From assembly GCA_000165345.1 (NCBI GenBank), contig CM000431.1:960001-1024000 (forward strand): 64,000 nt of DNA, given 5' to 3'. The first letter of the stretch is position 1, and each line of letters begins with the position of its first letter. A program made the position numbers and the translations under genes. Positions 20,283-33,806 of the stretch are shown here, in pieces. The notes beneath the pieces were generated by a model. That model saw only the letters and a program-made list of their open reading frames with translations, did no database searches and was not told the origin of the DNA.

Positions 20283-21602
20283 ATGCAAGGTGTTAATGTA
20301 AATGTTTATAATAGACAAAAGTCCTATGGAACTACATCAGCCGGACATGCTTATGGTATGACATCAGGACTTTCCATGCAAACAGTGCAAGATATGGCAG
20401 GTGTTTCTGGAAGTTATATGAATACTGATACATTTTCAACTAAAGATTATGCTGATCCAATCATATTTGACAATAAGAAATCGTTCTTTAATAGCATTAA
20501 ATTTAAAAGATTTAAAAAAAGATATGCAGGAGTTTTAGGGTTTGCTATTTTAATTTGTTTCTTGATTGGTTTTTACTTGATTTTATTTTCAGCAAAACAT
20601 CCAACTTCTAAGATATCTAAAAATAAATCTGTTTTTGAAGATGAACATATACAATTTACTCATGATGATTTTCTTGGACATAGTGGTGCTAGACATGGAT
20701 TAAATTCAAATGAAAAAGATTCTCATAGTAATGATTGGTCAGATTTTGAAGATGATTGGATTGATGAACATGATTTCTTAGAGGAAGAGATTGATGATGT
20801 TGAAGATTCTGAACATGGACATTCTCATTACGCTAAAATGATTAATGAAATGGATAGTCATCATCATGATAATGGTTCTCCTATAGAAACTTCATTTGAT
20901 GCATCGCCAAAACCACTCAAAAGTACAGATGATTTGGATACTCATAAAAATAATGAGCAAGTCATACAAACTACTGATAAACTTCCAAATGAAGTTCATG
21001 GTACAGTTCCACCAAAACCATTAACTGAGATACCTTCTCATGAAGAAAGTATTGTTTACTTCCCAAAAACAATTCATTTACTTGGAAGAATTGGTGATGA
21101 CTCAGCAGTTAATGGTAAATACAATGTAATGATGCATCCTTATCATGAAGAAAGTCCTTGGATTCATGGTGGAAGACTAATTTGGTATAAGACAGGAAAG
21201 AACTCTTCTAATAATTATTATATATTTTACGAAAAGAAGTTACATAATTGGGTTTTGACAGATAAATTTGATCTTGATAATCCAAATCCTATAGCCTTTT
21301 TACCAGATCATGGAGTAATGCCAGTTAAAGGAGTTGGTAAACATGGATGCAAAGCTCAACATTACTGGTATTTCAGAGAAAAAACTTCAGATAATTCTCA
21401 TAAACTTGTAATGGATAGATCAGTTTTAGTTACTGACAATGGAATTTTACTTGATTCACTTCCAGATCACGAACATAGAAAAGGACCATCTACAAATCAA
21501 GAAGTGATAGGACTCAAATTGCACAAGAACCAAATACATATAGATCACAAGTACTATAGTGACAAGTATTCTGGTAGACACCAAATTGATAATCCCTACT
21601 AA
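20283..21602 (+). CDS. Hypothetical type-II membrane protein (single TM helix about aa 82-104, His/Asp-rich region, Trp/Tyr/His-rich C-terminal domain)
   Basis: ATG ORF of 439 aa with hydrophobic segment AGVLGFAILICFLIGFYLILF and acidic His-rich stretch (DSEHGHSHY, DSHHHDNG). I recognise no homolog. Confidence 0.5.
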   Translation: MQGVNVNVYNRQKSYGTTSAGHAYGMTSGLSMQTVQDMAGVSGSYMNTDTFSTKDYADPIIFDNKKSFFNSIKFKRFKKRYAGVLGFAILICFLIGFYLILFSAKHPTSKISKNKSVFEDEHIQFTHDDFLGHSGARHGLNSNEKDSHSNDWSDFEDDWIDEHDFLEEEIDDVEDSEHGHSHYAKMINEMDSHHHDNGSPIETSFDASPKPLKSTDDLDTHKNNEQVIQTTDKLPNEVHGTVPPKPLTEIPSHEESIVYFPKTIHLLGRIGDDSAVNGKYNVMMHPYHEESPWIHGGRLIWYKTGKNSSNNYYIFYEKKLHNWVLTDKFDLDNPNPIAFLPDHGVMPVKGVGKHGCKAQHYWYFREKTSDNSHKLVMDRSVLVTDNGILLDSLPDHEHRKGPSTNQEVIGLKLHKNQIHIDHKYYSDKYSGRHQIDNPY

Positions 21603-21925
21603 TTATATTGCAAAAGCAGTCGTTACTTATATACAAAACTATTACTAATCTATAAATAATGGTTAATAACATTAAGAAGATAACATTTTATCTCCTCTAT
21701 ACTTGATCTTACTGAATTAATAAATCCTTTCTTAATGATATAATTAGATTTCTTTCACTAATTGAAATTTTTATATAGAAATATGTTTTTTGTTTCATTA
21801 AATGGTAATTTTGACAAATATTTTCCATCTTTCTTCATCTCATATTCTCCTTTTTGACTTTGGTATTTGTTTATTAAGTGAATTTTAATCCAATTCTAAA
21901 ACGATTTTTCATTAGTTTTATTAAA

Positions 21926-22825
21926 CTAATTCTGAGTCAGTAAAGTTAGGAATTTAATAGCTTGACTACATACAAATGTATCAGGTATTTTTTCTGGTGG
22001 TATAACTAAAAATTCTTCATTATTATCTTTAACAAAACCACATGCCATTAAAATCTCTATTGATCCTTGGTATTTGAGTACTTTTGACTCAAAAGTTGGG
22101 TTCTTTAAACGAATTCTCTTATACTTTTCTTCATAAGGATGACTATGAACATTGTTAATATATGTTTTAAGTAGATTAAAGCATGTCATTATACCCTGTA
22201 AATCTTTTGATCTATATTCTTTATTCATTCGATTACAATAATATGCAACCTTTTCTTTATTTCCTTTTGGAACTTCGTTTGTTTTTTCTTCAGGATAAGG
22301 ACATCCAAATCTTTCTTCCCATTCTTCCTTAAGTAAGCTTAATTGACGTTGTCTTTCAACTTCATGAGCATTCTTTTCTTTAGCTGCTTTTTCAATATTT
22401 CGAATCCTTTCTGCTTCTTCAAGCTTTCTTTGAGCTTCTAATAATTGCTTTGTAGAAGCTATTCTACGTTTTTCTTTCTCAATTTCTTCTTCTTTTTCTC
22501 TTTGTATACGTAATTCTCTAGCTCTTCTTTGCAATTCTTTTGCTTTTTCAAGAGCTTCTTCATCTGTTAATTTGGGTGCCCCTGGAATGCTATCAGAACC
22601 AGAAATTTCAATTATAGGTTCCTTAATAGAATCATCCTTAGAATTCTCTTCAAGCCAAGTTACTGCATTTTCTAGTCCTTTATTTCTAGTAAAGAAAATG
22701 GCTTTTTCTGATTCTACTTGGCCAAAACCCATTTCCATTAAAGAGTTAAGTAGGTTTTTATCAACGTAATTTTTTATATCATCACAATTATCACTAATAT
22801 TTGTTGGTTTTTCAGTATCTGTCAT
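21926..22825 (-). CDS. UBA-domain and PUB-domain protein with central Glu/Arg/Lys coiled coil (p97/Cdc48-adaptor-like)
   Basis: The N-terminus has a UBA-like fold (LLNSLMEMGFGQVESEKAIFFTRNKGLENAVTWL). The C-terminus matches the PUB signature NP.EEKY.RIRLKNPTFESKVL...GSIEILMACGF. Confidence 0.5.
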   Translation of the reverse strand: MTDTEKPTNISDNCDDIKNYVDKNLLNSLMEMGFGQVESEKAIFFTRNKGLENAVTWLEENSKDDSIKEPIIEISGSDSIPGAPKLTDEEALEKAKELQRRARELRIQREKEEEIEKEKRRIASTKQLLEAQRKLEEAERIRNIEKAAKEKNAHEVERQRQLSLLKEEWEERFGCPYPEEKTNEVPKGNKEKVAYYCNRMNKEYRSKDLQGIMTCFNLLKTYINNVHSHPYEEKYKRIRLKNPTFESKVLKYQGSIEILMACGFVKDNNEEFLVIPPEKIPDTFVCSQAIKFLTLLTQN

Positions 22826-23466
22826 TTTTGACTCTAATACTATTCTTTATATTATTAATAATTTTAAAAATCTTGTATAATTTTGTTTGTTGATTGTAAA
22901 CAATTAATTCAAGATTATACCTTTTTTTTTAACAAGCCTAATAAACAAAATTACAAGCTTTTATTATGAATTCTTGAACTTTATCTCTATTTATATGAAA
23001 TTTAAATAAATATTATTTATAATATAAATTTAAATAATATTTATATTTTTTTATTAGATCGAGTTTATGACGTAATTATTATTATTTTTTTTTTTAAATA
23101 ATTTATTGCCATTACGTGTCCCGTTTTACCGGCATGTAAATCTTAAACTGGTTTTCCCCCCACTTGCAAGGGAAAAAATTAATAACATTACACGTAATAA
23201 AAATATTAATAGTTTTGTGGGAAAAAAAAAATTGGAAATTATAATATAGACTAAGACTAATTAAATTCAAGAACTATCTATGATGTACTGAGTTTTTCTT
23301 TTTTACCAAGAAAAATTTCTGTTTGAAGTTTGAATTAAGTAATTCTTTTCAATAGTGCATTTTGGAGGGATTTACTTACCTACCTTAAATATATATTAAT
23401 CAATTAATGTATAACAGTCTATTACTAAGATTTATTAACAATTAGATATTGAAATTTCAAAGGTAA

Positions 23467-23523
23467 ATGGCAAGATTATCACTACATCCAAGAATATTTG
23501 AATCCGAGTATTCGGCAGAAACA
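23467..23523 (+). CDS. BRN1: Condensin complex subunit H/Barren (kleisin-gamma), exon 1
   Basis: ATG GCA AGA ... ACA is followed by GTAAGT. This exon is needed because the long ORF's annotated start (23675) is TTG, and the conserved Barren N-terminal motifs lie before the first in-frame ATG of that ORF. Confidence 0.45.
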
Positions 23524-23644
23524 GTAAGTTCAAAAGGAAGTTTTGATCATTAGATTTTTTTTTTTTCTATTGGTCTATCTTCTATATACCTATTTTTTCT
23601 TTTTTTTTGAACCAAATTACTCTCATATAAAATTATTGAAATAG
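23524..23644 (+). other. BRN1: Intron 1 of condensin H gene (121 nt, GTAAGT...long T-tract...AAATAG)
   Basis: Donor GTAAGT, a long polypyrimidine tract and acceptor AG at 23643-23644. The in-frame codon ending at the acceptor is TAG, so the downstream ORF opens exactly at the splice site. Confidence 0.45.
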
Positions 23645-26089
23645 GATAATTATTTAGAAGAAAATGTATCAAATTTGAATAAAAATGGCTGGTCTGGAAG
23701 GAAGATACAAAAATCAGTTTTACCAAATAAAAGAAGATCTATTTCTATTGGACAAAGTAGAAATGATGACTCTGAAACTACTAGACTTTCAAGAACATCT
23801 ATCAATTTGAAGGGACAAATAGATCAAAATAAATCATTTTTTTCAAAAAGCTCGTCAGATCAACTACCAAATGAAGAACTTGATAAGCTTTGTAATCAAT
23901 GCTTAAATCTACTTAGACAAAATAAAATATCTTCAAAGAATGCATTTGATATCCTTCTAATTGATCACTTAAATGATATTGTAAATGTACAAGATTCTCA
24001 AAATGAAGAAGAAAAATCAAATATAATTAAAAAAGAAAACAAAGAGAATGTTTCTAAAATTAACAATAATTCAAAAGAAAAGAATATTGAAATAGATAAA
24101 TCAAAGATGAATAAAGGAGAATTTCATAATGAGATGATAAGCTCAGAAACAACCTCTCAGGATACTAATTTTCAAAAATTCCAAAGAGCTGCAGTAACAT
24201 TGGAAGCATCAGCTAGAATATATGGATATAGAGTAGATTCGACATTTGATAATGCTTATAGGATTTTATCTAACATAAAAAGTGGACAAATTTTAGCTAG
24301 AAATGATTCAGATTGTGAAGAAGATGAAAAAGATCAGCAAGAAGATGATTCTTCTGGTAATAGATTAGAAGAGTCAAGTAAGAAGAAAAAATATAAAAGA
24401 AACTTGATTTTTTCTGGAGAAAATAATACTATAGTGAGCAATCCAGAATCTATTACATTAAAGGAGTTTGAAAAAACTAAAGAAATGAGTGAGAAGCCAT
24501 TTTTTGTTAATTTTTTGAATGATAAGGTTAAAATAGATAATATTAGATTTGGATTAGACTATAATAATATTGGTTCAATTTCATCAATGCTAATGAATAA
24601 CTTGGAATTGAAAGATTCATTATATAATAGAGACAAATCAGCTTCACTTACATTTAATATATCAGGAAGGAATAATTTGATAAATAGTAATAACTTTTCA
24701 TGTTCAACAATTTGTAAAGATGAATTATTCAAAGTAAATAAGAAAACATTGGATTTACTTCTTCCAAATCCAAATGAAAATTTTGGCAAGGATATTAGTA
24801 ATATTGTTTGCCCAAATTTATCAAGGATTTTTGATTCAATTCAAGAAATTACAGAGAATTATGGTGATATTAAACAAGTTAAAGATTCAACTTCTATTGA
24901 GGAATATCAACTAAATGAACAAGTAATTAGGAGATTTTTTGAATTTACTGATCCATCATTTGAGAATGATTCATTAGAATCTGAGAATAACTTTTTGAAG
25001 AAACATAGTCAGAGCATGGATGATATTGAATATGTGAATGAAAATCAAGATCTTGAATTTTTGAATAATTTTGAAGAGGAGGAGAAGGTGGAGCTTAATA
25101 TGGGATTACAAGATTTTCAAATGCATGTTGAGAGAGTTATTAAAGATTTGAATAAGACTGAATCTTCTGAACATATTTTAGAGGATTTAGATCAAAACAA
25201 AGATATTGAGATTGAAAAAAAGTCTGGTGAATTTAAGTTCAGTAAGATTGGCGATGTTCTTGATTTTCTAGCTAAAAAATCAACCAAAAGTTTAGAATTT
25301 TTCAACGAAAGAAAAAAAGGGGAAAAAAGTAATAGTGTATTTGGACAAAAGTTAAGATCAAAATCAGAAAATACGAATTTTGAAATTCCCTCTCCATTAT
25401 TAACCAATAATATATTTAATGGTATTGAATGGATGAATAATTTACCAAAGATTAAACAAACTCAAATAAACTCAAGTAGATCAAAAACTAAAAACTTATC
25501 AAGTAACAAGTTATTTGTTGGAAAGAATAGTACTACTTCAATATTTAACTATAACTTGAACCACTTATTTTGTCTGGCAAATCTTACTGGAGTTAAAATA
25601 AACTTAAGATCAATACATAAAGCTGAGAATTCAGAAGAAACTGCTGGTCAAAATTACATTACAAATGATATACTAATAAAGACAAACAACTCACAACATA
25701 TTAATAAGAATATCTTAAATAATTCTATGAGTGAACAAACAGATCTTATGGTAAATCATTGCGAAATTGAAGATCTTATGCAAGTTGAAAGTTATCTCCA
25801 ACCATTAAGCCAAGAGGAATTCTCTATAGATAATGGCAAAGATATTCTTATTCAAAGTAAATTATTATTACCATTTGATGAAGATAAGATTTCCGATACA
25901 GATATCCTTCTTGAAAAAAGTTCAAAGTCTCTTCATGTTAGAGATGAATACAACAGCTCATTAAAATTCTCCAAGTCATCAAATCATGTTGATATCGATT
26001 TAATCAAGAATGTTTTGAAGAATTCGATTCAGATTCTACAATCAGACGATTCCAATTCTTTGACATTATTTAATATTATAAATCAATCA
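23645..26089 (+). CDS. BRN1: Condensin complex subunit H/Barren, exon 2
   Basis: Contains kleisin N-terminal motifs: CNQCLNLLRQNKISSKNAFDILLIDHL (compare human [26 protein letters not shown]) and FQKFQRAAVTLEASARIYGYRVDSTFDNAYRILSNI (compare [34 protein letters not shown]). The rest is Asn-rich low complexity. Confidence 0.6.
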
Positions 26090-26194
26090 GTAAGTTTTTT
26101 AAATAGTAATTTGTGGAATATACTTTCTGTATTTATTTCGCAAATTGTTATTATATATTAATTCAAACTTGACCACTTTCATTCTTTTTTATAG
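26090..26194 (+). other. BRN1: Intron 2 of condensin H gene (105 nt, GTAAGT...TTTTTTATAG)
   Basis: Phase-0 GTAAGT donor at 26090 and acceptor AG at 26193-26194. Only the spliced product carries the conserved kleisin C-terminal winged-helix motif. Confidence 0.55.
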
Positions 26195-26398
26195 AGAAAA
26201 TTATTACAACAAGATGGTTTAAACTCCGTTTCAACTGGAATATTTTTTATTTGTATTTTACATATTTGTAATGAAAATAATTATTCTCTAAACTTATCAG
26301 ATCAAAACGCAAATTCTGACTCACCTATTGAATTAAATTCAGAAAATTATGTTCATATAATGCTTAATTTAAATTCATCCGTGGATTTACAGAAATAA
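26195..26398 (+). CDS. BRN1: Condensin complex subunit H/Barren, exon 3 (C-terminal SMC-binding winged helix)
   Basis: Encodes RKLLQQDGLNSVSTGIFFICILHICNENNYSLNLSD...; GIFFICILHICNENNYSL matches the Barren C-terminal consensus (VSFAFIALLHLANEKNLKL). Stop TAA at 26396-26398. Confidence 0.55.
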   Translation, partial: RKLLQQDGLNSVSTGIFFICILHICNENNYSLNLSDQNANSDSPIELNSENYVHIMLNLNSSVDLQK

Positions 26399-27326
26399 GT
26401 TAATCATCCTCTTTTTCAACATTTCTATAAATAAATATTATACATATGATAATATATTAAACAATGTTCAAATAAATATAAACAAATCATTATAGAATTT
26501 ATTACTCTGAATTATATCAATTAAACTAATGCTTGATATTTATATTTTATTTTATTTTTCTTCTGCCTATAAATTCCACGTGTATAAATATTGTAATTTA
26601 ATAGATATATAATGCTTAAATTTGTTTCATAATTCTTCCTTCTATTTGCTATTATTAAAACTGTAATCGAAATAAAAAAAAAAAATCACTTATTTTTTTT
26701 TCTAATAATACCAATGGACATAGAGAATTAACAATTAAAGAAAAAAAGGTGTTTATAATATATTATTTCATGTTAAATTAGCATTTGCTGTAAGAAAGAA
26801 AAAAAAATTGCATGAATAGGCGGTAACATACATGTAATTTTTTTTTCCTATAAATATATTTTAATTTAAATTTTTTATTTGATCATCTTTATTAGCTATT
26901 AATGTAAATTAAAAAAGATACGTTTATGCTTTAATAGTTATAGTTCATTGTTAATATATTACTTAACTCATCAATAGTTTTAAAAGAGTCATAATATTAT
27001 AAATCTCAACAAATCACTTTCTTCATTCCCCTCCCCATTTTCCTTTTATATTTAACATAAATAAAATAATGTAAATGAGGTTATTTGGCGGTAAAATTTT
27101 AAAATATGTAATATTTTAATATAGACGTAAATAAATAGTAATAAAGCAAGTTCAAGGGAAAATTCTGAAAATATTTGGATAATCTAGAAAGTAATTTTGG
27201 AATAAAGTGTTAAAACTGTGCTTTGAAGAATTGTAAATATATTTATATAAATACATATATATATTTTCTTTTTTCTTTTTTTGTAGGTTAAGAGTGGTTT
27301 AATGAGTAAAGTAGGGAATTTTTAAA

Positions 27327-27866
27327 ATGCTTAAGAAATTTTCAACTGAAAATATATCATCTCAGAATCAGGTAAAATCATCTGTACAAAGATCAATTAA
27401 AGCTAATATTCTTGCTTTATATCCTTTATTGGAGCAAGTTATTGATGATATTTTACCAAAAAAAGAAAATATTATTTTATCTAAATGTTCTGGACATTTT
27501 CAATTTATTGTTTTAGATTCTATTCCATTATTCTTTCAACAAAGAGATGGTCCGTGGTTTCCAACTTTACGTCTTCTTCATAAATATCCCGATATGATGC
27601 CTACTATGCAAGTTGATAAAGGTGCAATTAAACATGTATTAAAAGGGTCTAATATAATGTGTCCAGGTTTAACTTCACCAGGAGGAAGAATGGAACAAGT
27701 TGAACAAAAACAAGTTGTTAAAATTGTTGGAGAAGGATGCCAAAATGCATGTGCTATTGGCATAACAACTATGAGTACTGATGAGATTAGACAAATAAAT
27801 AAAGGAGTATGTATTGAAAATGTTCATTATTTAAATGATGGACTTTGGAATGTTCATAAATTTTAG
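27327..27866 (+). CDS. MCTS1: MCT-1/Tma20 (MCTS1) PUA-domain translation re-initiation factor
   Basis: 179 aa, collinear with human MCTS1: FQQRDGPWFPTLRLLHKYPDMMPTMQVDKGAIKHVLKGSNIMCPGLTSPGG...VKIVGEGCQNACAIGITTMSTDEIRQINKGVCIENVHYLNDGLW. Confidence 0.88.
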   Translation: MLKKFSTENISSQNQVKSSVQRSIKANILALYPLLEQVIDDILPKKENIILSKCSGHFQFIVLDSIPLFFQQRDGPWFPTLRLLHKYPDMMPTMQVDKGAIKHVLKGSNIMCPGLTSPGGRMEQVEQKQVVKIVGEGCQNACAIGITTMSTDEIRQINKGVCIENVHYLNDGLWNVHKF

Positions 27867-28192
27867 TTCACTATTATAGTCTCCTACTTATTTTTGCTCC
27901 AAGATATATTTGATTTCATACTATTTAATTTATATAAATTTATTATTTCTAATTACACCTTTTAAATTTGAATTAAATATTTAAATTATTATTATTTTTA
28001 TTTTCTGAATTTGTGGGGTTTAAATTTTAATTTATTTAAAATTAAAAAAAAAAATTCGTGTAATTAAATAAATACGTATTGAGGGGGCTCAAAATAGCAC
28101 CAAAATATTAATAAACTGTTAACTAAAATTCTATAAAGAAAAAATGGATCTTCAATAACTGAAATTAGAATTTCTAAATCAAATTAACGAAA

Positions 28193-30592
<2,400 letters not shown>

Positions 30593-30604
30593 ATTCTAAA
30601 AATA

Positions 30605-32134
30605 ATGAATAACTATGGGATTTTTGAGTTAAATGAACATGCTGATAGGGTTGTAGTTTATCTTTATCTGGATAAAGATTTATTTATACAATTTGGCTCT
30701 TATATGGATTCTTTTAATACACTTGATTCTAAAGATAAATGTTTAGAAACAAGTATAATATTTAATAATGGCAAATTATGGTTAGAGGTAAAGGGAACTT
30801 TAGATAAACAAAATTCGAATTCTAAGTTTAGTGGATCTATGGAAGACATAATAATTTTAAATAATAATCAGTTTAATTTAGAGAAGCAATTATCATTTTC
30901 AAATTTTAAAATTTTTTTAAAACTTCCAAATCGTCTTCAAGTACAGGATGTTTTATCTGTTAGTTATTACCATGATAATATTCCAAGCAAAATTTCCACT
31001 GGATCTGAAATTAAAACTCAAGAGGCTACTCCCATCTTATTTTCAAGAATTGTTTTAAGTTTGAAAAATAAACTTTCTCTACTTACCTTATCTACTTTAG
31101 TTACTGATCAAAGCTGGGACCAGCCAAATGAATTAACTTTTATTGAAAAAGATGAGTCTGTTTGTCTGGATCTCGAAACATCACTGTTAAATCATTTACT
31201 AATCAAAAAACCTGATGATCATGAAGATTTAACAAATAAATTAAATATAAACTGTAAAAAATGTGGTTTTTTGCTTTCAGAATACTATGAAAATTGGGTA
31301 ACTGCTCCACTTCCAAGTGAAATGTTTATTCATGGTTCAGAAATGCTTACATGTGATAACTGTCATCCTGTACTTTCATCAAATTCTTCAACTTATTGCC
31401 ATCATGATTTTGGAGCAAGACCAAATTGGATATGCTTAGGAAACTATCATATTTCTATTCATACAAATAACGCTTCACTTGATCATCTACTTTTTCAGAA
31501 AGAGAGTGATTCAATTCTAGACCAAACTATAGAGACTTTTTTCATTAATGATATCAACAATATTTACTATTCTGGAAAAAAAGTTCTGTATTCATTATTT
31601 TGTCAAAACTGTGGTGATAAACTCGGTTGGAAAAATTATCAAGATAATCACATCAATTTTTGGAAATCAAAAGTTCTACTTAATCTTATCTCTAATCAAA
31701 AAGTTGTCTCAACTCTTTTTGCAAACTATTCCATTGCTTCTCTAGCTATACATTATATTGAAAAGTACTTAAAACAATACTCAAAGTTATATATTATAAA
31801 TTCAAACGAAATGGGGGATATCAAAAATAAAGACGCCATTTCTATATATATTATTAAAAAGAATGTTATTAAACTAAAGACTCAGCTCTTTATTGGCTGT
31901 TTATTTGAACATATTGAGTCGCAAGCTCAACTATATAATAAAAGATCTATTATATATAATTCTATCAAAATCTCCTATAATTTAGATACTGGTGACGTCA
32001 TTAAGTCTAATGAACACCAAATTAAACTTGAAAAAGAACAATTCTGTCAAATTGTGAGAAGTATTCAAGAAAATACTTTATTTAACAAGAATTCATATCT
32101 TAGTATTCCTATTTTATCCAGTGATTTAGTATGA
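30605..32134 (+). CDS. Hypothetical protein with paired CxxC motifs (possible Yippee/Mis18-like zinc-binding fold)
   Basis: 509 aa. Contains CKKCGFLL...(30 aa)...CDNCHPVL and later CQNCGDKLGWKNY (C..C...LGW is the Yippee-like signature). Otherwise unrecognised. Confidence 0.45.
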   Translation: MNNYGIFELNEHADRVVVYLYLDKDLFIQFGSYMDSFNTLDSKDKCLETSIIFNNGKLWLEVKGTLDKQNSNSKFSGSMEDIIILNNNQFNLEKQLSFSNFKIFLKLPNRLQVQDVLSVSYYHDNIPSKISTGSEIKTQEATPILFSRIVLSLKNKLSLLTLSTLVTDQSWDQPNELTFIEKDESVCLDLETSLLNHLLIKKPDDHEDLTNKLNINCKKCGFLLSEYYENWVTAPLPSEMFIHGSEMLTCDNCHPVLSSNSSTYCHHDFGARPNWICLGNYHISIHTNNASLDHLLFQKESDSILDQTIETFFINDINNIYYSGKKVLYSLFCQNCGDKLGWKNYQDNHINFWKSKVLLNLISNQKVVSTLFANYSIASLAIHYIEKYLKQYSKLYIINSNEMGDIKNKDAISIYIIKKNVIKLKTQLFIGCLFEHIESQAQLYNKRSIIYNSIKISYNLDTGDVIKSNEHQIKLEKEQFCQIVRSIQENTLFNKNSYLSIPILSSDLV

Positions 32135-32373
32135 ATCTCATTTTATACTAATATTAACATCTATATATGTTTTTAATTTTCCATGTAAATCTTTAATTAA
32201 TTCCTGTTATTTGTCTCTAAGTTGATACTGGTCCCGTTATGTCTCCATTTTAATTAATTTTGGGGGAGGGAGAAATTACACACAAAAATGCAGATCTGAA
32301 AATACCCAGGATAAATAATAACAAGAGGTTGACCAGCCTTTCATGCATTTTTTTGTTGTAAAAGAAACAACAA

Positions 32374-32736
32374 ATGAAAGAAAAAGAAGATTCAAACATT
32401 TCAGAAAAAGAGAAAATTAATAGTTGGCTTGAGAAACAAATTCTAATTTGGAATGGGATTCCAATAAATAAGTTATCAGGAAAAAATAAAGTTTCTCAAC
32501 TCAGCTCAAATATTAAAGTTAAGAATGAGGACAATTTAATTACTGACAAATGTAAAGAAACAAAAAAGCTTGATTTGGATGAGAAAAAGAAAGAAAATAT
32601 AAGGCAAGAAATTTCATGTAGCAATACAAATAAAATAGAAAAGAATGAGAAGAATCAAAATGGTGATATGAGACTAAGATTCAAGGACTGGTCAGATTTA
32701 CATAATTACTTACTAGTATCAATGAAACAAGGATAG
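32374..32736 (+). CDS. Small Lys-rich hypothetical protein (120 aa); may be non-coding
   Basis: ATG ORF between two annotated genes, low complexity, no recognisable motif. Confidence 0.25.
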   Translation: MKEKEDSNISEKEKINSWLEKQILIWNGIPINKLSGKNKVSQLSSNIKVKNEDNLITDKCKETKKLDLDEKKKENIRQEISCSNTNKIEKNEKNQNGDMRLRFKDWSDLHNYLLVSMKQG

Positions 32737-32934
32737 AAATTAAAGTAATATTATGATTAATATATAAATGTAAAATTGTAGTTTTAGTGGTTGTAATGAA
32801 ATGATCAAGTTATCAATTCATAAAGATGTTCTCACTAAGTAACTAATGTGAGTGATTAGTAGTAATAATAACAAAATTTGAATTTGAATAACTTTGATAA
32901 ATGTTTGAATTGATAAAATTAATTAGACTTGTAA

Positions 32935-33672
32935 TTAAGGCATTTTCAAATTCTTACTCTGTGCTTCAGTCCAAGCCTTAGCAATAGTTCTCTTCATCTC
33001 ATCATCTCCTTCTTCATACATTTTTTTCATAAGGTCTTGGATTCCGGCCATAGGATCTTTCATTCCAGCTCCACCCATATCACCAAAGTTACCCATGCCT
33101 GAACTTGGATCAGAGGTAGCAGAAGTTTTCTTGAGAGGGCTATCCTTATAAGATAGTCTTGGCCATTTACTTGAATTATTAGCTTTTTTAAGAGTGATAA
33201 CAATCATATCTTTTTTAACTTTGTGAGAACACTCTTCGGGAGAAATAGTATCATGCAATTTGACAGTAAAAGAGTAGAATTTGTTATCCAAATTTTTGAC
33301 ATACATTTCAACATTGTCTTTTCCAAATTTTATCTCGATGCAATCAGGTTTGTCCTGAACTCCAACTAAATCAATATATATTTTAACACTTTTATCAGAT
33401 TGATCCCAGCTATATTTTGTTATAGAAGTATAAGCTTCTAGTGGAAGGTTTTCATTTTGTTTCTTTGAAATGCTTTCAGGTACGTTATTAACATTCAATT
33501 GATTATATTCCAAATTCTTTCTTCCTGCATCAGAAATACACATATTTCTTTGCTTCTCCTCTAACAATCTGATCTGATTACTTAAAATCATTTTAACTCC
33601 ATCTCTTTTGCATTGTGTTTTCAATGCTTTCAATTCATTTAAGTCGCCTTGTATTATACTTAGATTGCTCAT
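32935..33672 (-). CDS. CACYBP: Calcyclin-binding protein / Siah-interacting protein (CacyBP/SIP) homolog: N-terminal coiled coil, CS domain, SGS domain
   Basis: The C-terminus (DLMKKMYEEGDDEMKRTIAKAWTEAQSK) matches the CacyBP SGS tail ([30 protein letters not shown]). The central CS-like beta-sandwich is YSWDQSDKSVKIYIDL...; length is 245 aa. Confidence 0.7.
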   Translation of the reverse strand: MSNLSIIQGDLNELKALKTQCKRDGVKMILSNQIRLLEEKQRNMCISDAGRKNLEYNQLNVNNVPESISKKQNENLPLEAYTSITKYSWDQSDKSVKIYIDLVGVQDKPDCIEIKFGKDNVEMYVKNLDNKFYSFTVKLHDTISPEECSHKVKKDMIVITLKKANNSSKWPRLSYKDSPLKKTSATSDPSSGMGNFGDMGGAGMKDPMAGIQDLMKKMYEEGDDEMKRTIAKAWTEAQSKNLKMP

Positions 33673-33806
33673 CCCTTGAATTTACACTTTTTTAAGAAAT
33701 TTACTCTTTTGAGAATATCAACACGAGCTTTTTATTAGAAGTTGACTATTTTTTAATTACTTGTTTTTCTTTTGACTTGTAATAACATTTACATATTTTC
33801 GTGAGA

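Noticed and set aside
32374-32736. Possibility that the 120-aa Lys-rich ORF is a real gene
   Set aside because: It is kept only as a low-confidence feature. Composition resembles intergenic A-rich sequence and there are no motifs, so it may be non-coding.
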